From a phage, in the NCBI GenBank assembly GCA_010671865.1, contig GCA_010671865.1_4083.1: a stretch of DNA of 64,000 bases. One strand, written 5' to 3'. Shown piece after piece: positions 44,838 to 52,931 of the stretch. The notes under the pieces were generated by a model, which ran no database searches, had not been told where the DNA came from, and saw only the letters and a list, made by a program, of their open reading frames with translations. Position numbers and translations under genes: made by a program. The first letter of the stretch is position 1. Every line of letters begins with the position of its first letter.

Positions 44838-44985
44838 TTTATCAATGATTGATGCCGTTTCATTGATAGTCTTGCCGTGTTTTGCACACGCGATAACTGC
44901 TTTAAATTCCTTTGATGACCAATCTTTCTTGCTGCATACTGACATTACTTGTAAAGTAAAACAATCCAGTTCATAAGTATTCATC
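44838..44985 (-). CDS. hypothetical small protein (~49 aa)
   Basis: rough hand translation MNTYELDCFTLQVMSVCSKKDWSSKEFKAVIACAKHGKTINETASIIDKL; approximate. Confidence 0.3.
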
Positions 44986-45209
44986 TTTAAATCCTCAGTT
45001 AGTTAAGGTGTCTCGCCTTGATGTAATTAATTATACGCTAATCTCTTAATCGTGCAAGTACTTTTTATTACTTTTTGCAAAATACTTTAAACGCTCTCAA
45101 TCGCATTCTAACGGCCTTCACGCCACCAGCTAGGGCAATGCATCAGATAATCAGTTTAATGCGTTAGAATCGATTCTATCGGGTGCTAGTGGACTGGTAA
45201 ACGATAGAT

Positions 45210-45238
45210 ACAAAAAAGCCCACTGTTTAAGGTGGGCT
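45210..45238 (-). terminator. intrinsic terminator
   Basis: minus strand AGCCCACCTTAAACAGTGGGCT hairpin followed by TTTTTTG; downstream of 45260..45742. Confidence 0.6.
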
Positions 45239-45259
45239 AGTGATTCAGTACTTTAATTG

Positions 45260-45742
45260 TTATGCTTCAACTTTGCGATGAGCTTCGATCCATTCCTCGC
45301 GAGTCATACCGCTTTCTTTGATAGCGTCCAGTACTACCGCAATGCAGTTACCGCGTACAGGAATCATATGTTCTTCCCCGTTATCAAGTACTACAGTAAC
45401 ACGTTCTTGAATCCATTTTTTAGGTTTAGATTCTGGCTTATCTTCACCATACTTAACCGCCAGGGCTTTATGTGCCATTTCTACAACTACTTCCAGATCC
45501 AATCCAGACACCGCCGCCTGGATACTTTCGATTGTTGCTTGTAGTTCTGCTTCACGGGCTTTTTTCTGTTCTTCCAGTTCTGCTACCTTTTTGGCTTGCA
45601 GTTCTTTAGCTTCACTGTACGCAATGTTAAAATTGTTGCGTACTGCTTTCATGGTATCGTTATCCAGGTCAGCCAACAATTCAGCAGCAATAACAGTATC
45701 GTTTGAAATCAGTGCTTTCAGGAATGATTTTACATTAGCCAT
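45260..45742 (-). CDS. hypothetical protein with predicted coiled-coil segment
   Basis: track ORF trimmed to MANVKSF (GAGGA RBS); heptad-like KELQAKKVAELEEQKKAREAELQATIESIQAA. Confidence 0.55.
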   Translation of the reverse strand: MANVKSFLKALISNDTVIAAELLADLDNDTMKAVRNNFNIAYSEAKELQAKKVAELEEQKKAREAELQATIESIQAAVSGLDLEVVVEMAHKALAVKYGEDKPESKPKKWIQERVTVVLDNGEEHMIPVRGNCIAVVLDAIKESGMTREEWIEAHRKVEA

Positions 45743-45939
45743 TTTATAAATCCTCAATTAAAGTTTAGTTTACGTTTATTAGTGTATCAAAGTTTTATCG
45801 ACGTGTCCAGTTTTTCGTTCGACTTACTGGCGGTCTACTTAGTGCTCCCCGTCTTGATGTAATACATTCTACGCCTTTTTGTGGTAATGTCAACTACTAT
45901 TTTAAAACTATTTTTAAAGTATGCAGTACTACGATACTA

Positions 45940-45973
45940 CAAAAACAAAAAAGCCCACTGTTTAAGGTGGGCT
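45940..45973 (-). terminator. intrinsic terminator (same hairpin sequence as 45210..45238)
   Basis: identical AGCCCACtgtttaaGGTGGGCT hairpin with A/T runs; downstream of 45991..46290. Confidence 0.6.
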
Positions 45974-45990
45974 AGTGATTCAGTACTATA

Positions 45991-46290
45991 TTATAAACAG
46001 TTAATTACTCCGGTGTGCGTTACTTTCTCAGTATCCATAACAGTGACCGAACCGCGTTTAGTACTTGCATCGTAATAAATTGTCGTGCTACCTTTTTCGT
46101 CTTCTTCATGGAACGGCCCGTTTTTAAATGCTTCTGGCTGGATCTCTAAATCCTTTAAAACAATCTCGCCAGTACTTTCATTGGTCATCGCTACAGTGCA
46201 CTGAATGAATTTTTCACTACTTACATCTAACGACGCATTAACAGCGAAAGAGGAAACAGATAAAGCCAGGGCGATGATTGCAACTTTCAT
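45991..46290 (-). CDS. hypothetical secreted/periplasmic protein
   Basis: 99-aa ORF; N-terminal signal-peptide-like MKVAIIALALSVSSFAVNA with A-x-A cleavage context. Confidence 0.5.
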   Translation of the reverse strand: MKVAIIALALSVSSFAVNASLDVSSEKFIQCTVAMTNESTGEIVLKDLEIQPEAFKNGPFHEEDEKGSTTIYYDASTKRGSVTVMDTEKVTHTGVINCL

Positions 46291-46375
46291 TAGTATATCC
46301 TTAGTTACCAGGGGGGAACCGCTCCCCCTTGCGATGTAAAATATTGTACAGTACTAAAAACTAATTGCAAGTACT
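46291..46375 (-). promoter_or_regulatory. promoter plus leader hairpin cassette
   Basis: TTGCAA-16-TGTACAATAT, hairpin GGGGGAGCGGTTCCCCCC then TGGTAACTAAGGA RBS; approximate. Confidence 0.45.
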
Positions 46376-46612
46376 TTATGATTTTTTATAAAACATTTCG
46401 GCAGTGATATTTTTACCCGTTGGTTGTACTTTATCCAGAATTTTTTGATGCCCTGGCCGTCCAAATGAATATGATCCGTAAACCGTAAACCAGTAGTTAC
46501 CCTCAGTGTTTACATGTACAGCACAATAGGGAACGCCCCGCGATTCATCACTAGTAAAGTGTGCTACCGTTCCCGTTACATTCGAAGACGTTGATTTGAT
46601 TTGTTCGACCAT
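46376..46612 (-). CDS. hypothetical protein
   Basis: 78-aa ORF. Confidence 0.55.
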   Translation of the reverse strand: MVEQIKSTSSNVTGTVAHFTSDESRGVPYCAVHVNTEGNYWFTVYGSYSFGRPGHQKILDKVQPTGKNITAEMFYKKS

Positions 46613-46720
46613 TTTCTTATTCCTTAGTTACCAGGGGAACCGCTCCCCCTATGCAAAACATTATACGCGTTTAAAAACTAATTGCAAGTATTTTAATAAA
46701 AAGTATTTGAAAAATAATTG

Positions 46721-46749
46721 TTGACAAGTGCATCCAGTACTGGCATAAT
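46721..46749 (+). promoter_or_regulatory. candidate plus-strand promoter (antisense or small-RNA transcript)
   Basis: TTGACA-17 nt-CATAAT on plus strand in a minus-strand gene region; a palindromic hairpin lies ~80 nt downstream. Confidence 0.4.
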
Positions 46750-46819
46750 TACTACATCAAGACGAAACAGTCACTAACCCACCGGGTGCCGAGATCCGTC
46801 TATTAAATGATTCAGTACT

Positions 46820-46848
46820 GAAAAAAGAAAGGGGATCAATTGATCCCC
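46820..46848. terminator. bidirectional terminator (perfect palindrome)
   Basis: GGGGATCAATTGATCCCC flanked by A-run and T-rich run; downstream of minus gene 46855..47076. Confidence 0.55.
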
Positions 46849-46854
46849 TCGTTG

Positions 46855-47076
46855 TTATTTTGTAAGGTATAAACAGAAGTCACCTTTATTTGCTACGCCG
46901 CCAGTGTAACGCGAGGAATAGTTAGAAACGTCCTGGACTTCTGCTATTACCAGGGTATCATCATTCAATTCGTCGCAGAAGCAAACGGCTGGATCTTGTA
47001 CGCCGATTTTGTCGGCATGTTCCCGCATAGATTTAACCAGTGCTTCCAGTTGGGAAAGAGTAGTGATATTAGCCAT
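46855..47076 (-). CDS. hypothetical protein
   Basis: track ORF trimmed to MANITTL (GAGGAAA RBS). Confidence 0.55.
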   Translation of the reverse strand: MANITTLSQLEALVKSMREHADKIGVQDPAVCFCDELNDDTLVIAEVQDVSNYSSRYTGGVANKGDFCLYLTK

Positions 47077-47160
47077 TTTATTTTCCTCATTACCAGGGAG
47101 AACCATTTCTCCCTTGATGTAAACTATTATACAGTACTGAAAACTAATTGCAAGTACTTT
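47077..47160 (-). promoter_or_regulatory. promoter plus leader hairpin cassette
   Basis: TTGCAA-16-TATAAT, hairpin GGGAGAAATGGTTCTCCC then TGGTAATGAGGAAA RBS; approximate. Confidence 0.5.
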
Positions 47161-47161
47161 T

Positions 47162-47422
47162 TCAATATTGTTTGTCGTCGTCTTCCTCGATGAATTGACC
47201 GACGAAATGATCTACTTTCGCTTTGAGGCTTTTATAATCTTCTTCTACTTCCGTTAAACGTTCCTGGTAGTATTCCAGTGCCTCAAGATACGCCGCCTCA
47301 GCAGTTTTTGCACGCATAGCTAAATTCATTCCACGCGTTTCATCAAATAGCCAATAACCATCGGTGCAATGACTGATAGATAATGACTTGCTTAGTACTG
47401 TATAGTTAATTACTTTACTCAT
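47162..47422 (-). CDS. hypothetical protein
   Basis: track ORF trimmed to MSKVINY; upstream part reads through the leader hairpin. Confidence 0.5.
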   Translation of the reverse strand: MSKVINYTVLSKSLSISHCTDGYWLFDETRGMNLAMRAKTAEAAYLEALEYYQERLTEVEEDYKSLKAKVDHFVGQFIEEDDDKQY

Positions 47423-47480
47423 TAGATAAACCCTCAATAAAGGCGGGAACCATTCCCCGCCATTGTTACAGTACTGAATA

Positions 47481-47720
47481 TTACATTCCAACCATTGCAG
47501 CACGGATCGCAGTAGTGCTATACTTAAAGCCGTCCGGCGTTGTAGTAGTACCGTTGGCTTTTAATCTGCGGTACATGCATTCCGCTGCAATATCTTTAGT
47601 TCTACTTTGTGCGATACAACTTTGTGCAAGCCGATACAATGACTCACCGTTATTAATCCATAAGGAAACATTCCAATGAGTTTTGTTTTTGTGCCCGTTG
47701 TAAGTTTTAGTACTAGCCAT
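47481..47720 (-). CDS. hypothetical protein (mosaic paralog of 49523..49762)
   Basis: 79-aa ORF; conserved GHKNKTHWNVSLWINN and TPDGFKYSTTAIRAAMVGM termini, divergent centre. Confidence 0.6.
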   Translation of the reverse strand: MASTKTYNGHKNKTHWNVSLWINNGESLYRLAQSCIAQSRTKDIAAECMYRRLKANGTTTTPDGFKYSTTAIRAAMVGM

Positions 47721-47812
47721 TTTTTTTAATCCTCGTTTGAGCGGGGAACCATTCCCCGCCTCGATATAAAGTATTATACGCTTTTAAACTTAGTTTGCAA
47801 GTACTTTTTAAA

Positions 47813-48424
47813 TTAATATTCGATTGATTCTACTACACCATCAATGACATTGAATTGATATTCGTTACCCTCAATCAGTGCCGTAATGTTTTCAGTAGTG
47901 AATTGATCCTCATATGCATTCTCTAAATCACGGTACAACTTGCGGGATAATTCACGAATAGTTTCAGTGAGTAGTTCCTCAAGCTCATTAACTAACGTTT
48001 CTTGTTTTGCGGTTAAATCAGTGTAAGCCGATTCAATGTACCCGCTTACAGTATTCTCATGCGAGTAGTGGGAGTGAGAACGCTTTACACTCATCGGCAA
48101 ATCATCTTCATTCAGCAGGTGACGGATTGAGCGATACTTAGTTAATGCTCTTACCTTGCGTAAAAACTTCACTGCGTCAACGTGGTCAGTACTGATTGAT
48201 GCACCGTCACCCTGGGACCAAAAACCACTGAATTGTATTTCAGCGTCATTAATGCCATATTCCGGCAATACTGTTTCTTTATAGTGTTCAATTTCACTTT
48301 CAGAAAAATAATCGTCGTTTGAGTTTTTTTCACGTTCCCGAACTAGTTCGATAGCTGACGTTTTTTGTTCTGCGTTCAATTCAGAAAAAGCCATAACATA
48401 AGTAGTAGTAGTGATAGTTTTCAT
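47813..48424 (-). CDS. hypothetical protein
   Basis: 203-aa ORF; GAGGG RBS; long leader with tandem promoters. Confidence 0.55.
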   Translation of the reverse strand: MKTITTTTYVMAFSELNAEQKTSAIELVREREKNSNDDYFSESEIEHYKETVLPEYGINDAEIQFSGFWSQGDGASISTDHVDAVKFLRKVRALTKYRSIRHLLNEDDLPMSVKRSHSHYSHENTVSGYIESAYTDLTAKQETLVNELEELLTETIRELSRKLYRDLENAYEDQFTTENITALIEGNEYQFNVIDGVVESIEY

Positions 48425-48647
48425 TTTGTAACCCTCATTCAGTAGTTTATGTAAGTATTATACGCTTTTAAAAACAATTGTCAAACTATTTTATCAGGGG
48501 AGTTTTTCGTGTGCCTTACTCCTGGGCTACTTAACGGGAAGTTACTTATTTCGTTCCCCGTCCTGATGTAAAACATTATACGCCTTTAAACATAGTTTGC
48601 AAGTACTTTTTAAAAATAGTTTTCAGTACTGAATAGTAAAAAAAAGT

Positions 48648-48676
48648 ATTGACAGCATTATCAAGTACTGGCATAA
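48648..48676 (+). promoter_or_regulatory. candidate plus-strand promoter
   Basis: TTGACA-17 nt-CATAAT on plus strand; same AGTACTGGCATAAT core as 46721..46749. Confidence 0.4.
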
Positions 48677-48851
48677 TATACCCCATGACAACAGCTAACC
48701 CACCGGGTGCACAATTGTAACTATACTAAACTACTTTTTCTATAGATACACTCCCGCACCCTATGGGCTACGGCTTATCTGCCAATGAATACATTATGCC
48801 AGTACTGACAAAATAAGTCAATACCGGCAATTGTAAAGATTTGTAAACTGC

Positions 48852-49082
48852 TTATACTGCAATCGCGTCCAGGCTATAATAATAATAAGTGCCGTATTGG
48901 TGTACTTTATTACCTTTTATTTCAGTACTGAATGAATCCGAACGGTTTGCATATGATGTTAATTTAAAGTACTTTGATTTGCTGATACGTTGCCATACAC
49001 CGCAGATCCGCTGTAAGTAAGTAGTTTTATTCGTGGTAGTATCTTTTACGGTTTTAACTTCAGTCATATACATATTAGTCAT
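48852..49082 (-). CDS. hypothetical protein
   Basis: 76-aa ORF. Confidence 0.5.
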   Translation of the reverse strand: MTNMYMTEVKTVKDTTTNKTTYLQRICGVWQRISKSKYFKLTSYANRSDSFSTEIKGNKVHQYGTYYYYSLDAIAV

Positions 49083-49169
49083 TTTTATTACTCCAGGTTA
49101 TAGGCGGGAAGTGTTCCCGCTCTCGATGTAAAACATTATACGCCATTAAACATAGTTTGCAAGTACTTT

Positions 49170-49436
49170 TTATTCAAGTACTGCAATCTTTTTAGTACGG
49201 TACACGGTCACGCGGTTGCCCTTTCGGTCGAGCTTTATTTCTACCACTCGACGCGATACACTATCGGGACTTTTTAACGCCGCTAACCAGTACTGTAATG
49301 ATCTGGCGGTACTACGCTTTACAATGGCCCAACGTTCACCACTTGCCGATCCCGCTCCCATATCTTTAAACGTTGCCCCGTCCTGGCGTGCGGCGATCCG
49401 AGCTTGTTCACGCGTCGCAAAATACTTAATATTCAT
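49170..49436 (-). CDS. hypothetical protein (paralog of 37266..37661)
   Basis: track ORF trimmed to MNIKYFATREQ; shares FATREQARI...FKDMG...DRKGNRVTVY. Confidence 0.55.
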   Translation of the reverse strand: MNIKYFATREQARIAARQDGATFKDMGAGSASGERWAIVKRSTARSLQYWLAALKSPDSVSRRVVEIKLDRKGNRVTVYRTKKIAVLE

Positions 49437-49522
49437 GCTGTTACCCTTATCGTTGGTGTATGAATAAAACACTATTATAAAGTACTATCGCAAAAAAATG
49501 ATAGTACTTTAAATAAATTCTA

Positions 49523-49762
49523 TTACATTCCAACCATCGCCGCACGGATCGCAGTAGTGCTATATTTGAATCCGTCCGGTGTTTTATCTTGTCCAGTCTG
49601 TTCTAAAAATAGCATCATATGACGGGCCGCATCATTGCGATTTGTGCTATCGTTAATAAAGTCCTGGGCCAACCGGTATAATGATTCATCGTTATTAATC
49701 CAAAGGCTTACATTCCAATGAGTTTTGTTTTTGTGACCTAAGAACATTTTTGATTTAGCCAT
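49523..49762 (-). CDS. hypothetical protein (mosaic paralog of 47481..47720)
   Basis: 79-aa ORF; identical C-terminal 19 aa and conserved N-terminal block. Confidence 0.6.
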   Translation of the reverse strand: MAKSKMFLGHKNKTHWNVSLWINNDESLYRLAQDFINDSTNRNDAARHMMLFLEQTGQDKTPDGFKYSTTAIRAAMVGM

Positions 49763-49857
49763 TTTTTTTTAATCCTCTTATATAGTGGGGAACTATTCCC
49801 CACCTGATAGAAAGTATTATACGCCTTTAAACTTACTTTGCAAGTACTTTATTAAAC

Positions 49858-50220
49858 TTATTCGTAAATCTTGCCACTGTCAGCCCATACCAGGAAACGA
49901 GGCATATTATCCCATGCATCTTGTTTTAAGTTTAAGCCGTGCAATACTTCTGTACTTTCCATTCCTGGTACTGGCTTGCTATACACTGCAAACATTTCGC
50001 CCATGTACTGATAAGCCATCGTTAAATCAGTCTGGATCATCTTATGGATCATTGCATCCAGCATTGCAGTAGCGGCGTACTGTTCACGCTTAAGCGGCAA
50101 CATTGCAATAAGTTCCCGATAAGCTGAAATGTGAATTTTTACCGTTTCTGCCGGAAGATCTTTCATCTCGTCGCGGAAGTTAACCAGGTTAGCAATAATT
50201 TTATTGATTTGAGTCGCCAT
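49858..50220 (-). CDS. hypothetical protein
   Basis: track ORF trimmed to MATQINK; upstream MFYIESG is promoter/hairpin read-through. Confidence 0.55.
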   Translation of the reverse strand: MATQINKIIANLVNFRDEMKDLPAETVKIHISAYRELIAMLPLKREQYAATAMLDAMIHKMIQTDLTMAYQYMGEMFAVYSKPVPGMESTEVLHGLNLKQDAWDNMPRFLVWADSGKIYE

Positions 50221-50300
50221 CGTTTTAATCTCTCTTAATGTGTAGCGGGAAGTGTTCCCGCTCTCGATGTAAAACATTATACGCTTTTAAACATAGTTTG
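50221..50300 (-). promoter_or_regulatory. promoter plus leader hairpin cassette
   Basis: TTGCAA-16-TATAAT-GTTTTACATC, hairpin GAGCGGGAACACTTCCCGC; approximate. Confidence 0.5.
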
Positions 50301-50557
50301 CAAGTACTTTCTACATGTACTTTTAAAATAGTTTTCTTTCTATATAGGAGTACTATTATTCAGTACTACCAACAACCAGGGGAACTATCTTTCAGTACTG
50401 AATCAACCAAATCACTACTACACCCCATAAAACGGCCTCAGACGCATTCTAACGCATTAATACACCTAAGCTATACATTTGCACCGCCACCAGCTAACCA
50501 GGGCTTTACAGACCGTTTAAACGCGTTAAATTATTTTCAATTATTTTGTTTTTAGCT

Positions 50558-50586
50558 ATTGACTCAGTACTAAAAAAGCGTATAAT
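50558..50586 (+). promoter_or_regulatory. candidate plus-strand promoter
   Basis: TTGACT-17 nt-TATAAT; downstream transcript start resembles that after 46721..46749 (TACTACAT-GACG-GA-AG...CCGAGATCCGTC). Confidence 0.4.
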
Positions 50587-51022
50587 TACTACATAGACGC
50601 GAGAAAGCGGATACCCCAGGGGGTGCCGAGATCCGTCCAAAATTCATAAAATTTAAAAAGAATACACTCCCGCACCCTAGCAGGTCAACGCACTTTCTCA
50701 GTACTGAATTATAGTACCATAGTACGGCCCAGGATAGCAAGCAAATTAATTAAAACTTTTTTCATCCAGGGTATTGCTTTATTTTTCCAGTACTGTATAA
50801 TAGTTCCATCAAGTCGAGAAAGACTCCAGCCCACCGGGTGCATAGTTACGCCCAAAATTCAGTACTGAAAAAATTTTTAAAAATATCCGTCCAGGCCGTT
50901 GACATTGCCCCCAGTTTATAAGATAATGATTCCAGATTCAGAAAAATCTAACTCCAGATACTGCGGGGAAACTATCCCCACGCGGTAGGGGAACTATTGG
51001 AAAAAACAAAATAAAATTTTGA

Positions 51023-51097
51023 TTTAGCCGTTTAGCCGTCCAAACGTCTAGCCATCCAGAAATCTAGCCGTTTAGCCGTCTAGATGGATAGCCATCT
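51023..51097. repeat. tandem octamer direct repeats (iteron-like), unit yTAGCCrT
   Basis: TTAGCCGT TTAGCCGT CCAAACGT CTAGCCAT CCAGAAAT CTAGCCGT TTAGCCGT CTAGATGG ATAGCCAT in strict 8-bp register. Confidence 0.6.
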
Positions 51098-51722
51098 TTA
51101 CTTCCAGACTTCTGGAGGGCTAGACATATCTACGTCCAAAATCCATCCAGGGTAACTACGCCCAAAATCCGTCAGTACTATACCATAGATCTATCTTTTG
51201 AAAGGGAGTATTCAGTACTGCCATCATAGCCCTCACTATGTTACCCTAGGAGGATGAAGACTATCATGTAGTACTGAATACTGTTAGAGGGAACCCACCA
51301 GCACAAGCTGGTGGCATAATGATTTAGATTAAAATCAGTACTGACACCATTCTGTTAATATCAGTACTGTTATTACGATTTTCATATGAGGTTCAAAAAG
51401 ATGTACCACCACAGGAGGAACTATCTTTTCTGTACTGTCTCACGACAGGAGGTAGAGTAAATGAATTGTTCGCAGCAACTCATCACCCTATGTAGAACAT
51501 TATACAGTACTGAATCATAATGTCAATAGCTTTCTTTCATTATTCAGTACTGATATTCTTGAGAACTACCCGACTACAAACATCATTATATCCCACAAAT
51601 CATAAACGTCCCAACGTAAATTTCAACTTTCGAAGATCCAACTTTTATTTCATAGGTACTCCAAAATTTTTAGGATCGAGATTTAGGATGGAGTACTAAC
51701 CAACTTTTTGCTGGAGCCTCAA

Positions 51723-51743
51723 GGGGTAATGGAATTTTACCCC
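51723..51743. repeat. hairpin GGGGTAA-tggaatt-TTACCCC followed by GGGTAA repeats
   Basis: 7-bp perfect inverted repeat; GGGTAAAGGGGTAATTGAAATT downstream. Confidence 0.45.
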
Positions 51744-51949
51744 GAAGGGTAAAGGGGTAATTGAAATTAAGGTGAAAGTAATAATTCAGTACTAATCATT
51801 GCGTGATTACTTTTGATTACATTTGATGTAATTTGCAAAATGGAAAAGGAGCTTGGAAACTACAAAGTACGGCAGACTTCCTCTGCCTACTTAGTGGCAT
51901 ATCAGTACTGCTACGTTCTTGATTAAACGTGAACATTCCTGTACTCTAG

Positions 51950-52040
51950 TACTCACTACTGTTCACTACTGATCACTACAGTGATTATAAATGATTACTT
52001 AAATGTTTATATATGATTACTTATGACTACCTATGATTAC
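51950..52040. repeat. tandem short direct repeats (CACTACTG x3 and ATGATTAC x4)
   Basis: cACTACTGttCACTACTGatCACTACagtg then ATGATTACttaaatgtttatatATGATTACttATGAcTACctATGATTAC. Confidence 0.55.
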
Positions 52041-52154
52041 GGGGTTTAGCCTGGGGAGAATCCTAGTGATCGCATTTGTCCAGGCTGAATTTTAACAATT
52101 CGCCTGTACATAAAGGTTGTTCACTAGGAGCTTCCCCTGTCTCTATGTGTTTAA

Positions 52155-52346
52155 TTACTTTCTATATATAAGCATTAAGATATAGTAGTACTGATTATAC
52201 TGTACATTCTCTTTAATATTATAAGGGTCTATAGCAATCTCGGTACATCTGTTAAATGCATATCTATTAAATGCCAGTGGAATTATAGATCTAATCCATA
52301 CTTGTTCATTTTCTTTTAGTTTACTTATATAGAAGTTTTTATACAT
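52155..52346 (-). CDS. hypothetical small protein, family C
   Basis: 63-aa ORF; C-term YYYILMLIYRK. Confidence 0.55.
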   Translation of the reverse strand: MYKNFYISKLKENEQVWIRSIIPLAFNRYAFNRCTEIAIDPYNIKENVQYNQYYYILMLIYRK

Positions 52347-52361
52347 AGTATTCTCTATTAA

Positions 52362-52544
52362 TTAATATGATAGTACTAGTGTTAGTACTGAGCACAATTG
52401 TTCTTTATAGTTCTTAGGGTATATAGAATCTTTTATGCACTCATTGAAGTGCCATAGGTATAATCTTGGGTCGCATTCTTTATATATTCTTACGGGGACG
52501 AATGTTAGTTTTCGTATATAGAATTCTTTATGTTCTTTATTCAT
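52362..52544 (-). CDS. hypothetical small protein, family C
   Basis: 60-aa ORF; N-term MNKEHKEFYIRKL, C-term VLTLVLSY. Confidence 0.55.
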   Translation of the reverse strand: MNKEHKEFYIRKLTFVPVRIYKECDPRLYLWHFNECIKDSIYPKNYKEQLCSVLTLVLSY

Positions 52545-52549
52545 ATTAG

Positions 52550-52735
52550 TTAGTGTCTGTATATAAGTAATAGTAAGAATACGTATTGCACATCTTCATC
52601 TTTAGTATTGAGTACTGTACGTATTGCGTCATTAAACAAGAATATAGTACTTGGGTCATGAGAATTTAAAGGGGTTCTGGGTACGGCATGTTTGTAGTTC
52701 CCTTTAACAAATTGTGTGTAGTATTCTCTATGCAT
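52550..52735 (-). CDS. hypothetical small protein, family C
   Basis: 61-aa ORF; N-term MHREYYTQF, C-term FLLLLIYRH. Confidence 0.6.
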   Translation of the reverse strand: MHREYYTQFVKGNYKHAVPRTPLNSHDPSTIFLFNDAIRTVLNTKDEDVQYVFLLLLIYRH

Positions 52736-52736
52736 A

Positions 52737-52922
52737 TTAGTACCTATATATTAGGGCGAGAATGTAGTACAATTCATATGGAATGTAATTTGGGGTGATC
52801 GCACACTGTGTATGGTAAATGAATTGTTCGGTATTTTTCTTATCCTTGATATCTATTGGGATTTGTGGTATAAGCATTTGGGAGTTTAGATCGAGATGGC
52901 TTAAGTAGAATTCTTTATGCAT
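52737..52922 (-). CDS. hypothetical small protein, family C
   Basis: 61-aa ORF; N-term MHKEFYLSHL, C-term YILALIYRY. Confidence 0.6.
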   Translation of the reverse strand: MHKEFYLSHLDLNSQMLIPQIPIDIKDKKNTEQFIYHTQCAITPNYIPYELYYILALIYRY

Positions 52923-52931
52923 ATTGTTCTT

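Larger units (their letters stand above)
50278..52154. other. ~1.9 kb non-coding region rich in direct repeats, hairpins and plus-strand promoter-like sites
   Basis: no ORF of 60 aa or more on either strand from 50556 to 52154; dense repeats. Confidence 0.6.
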
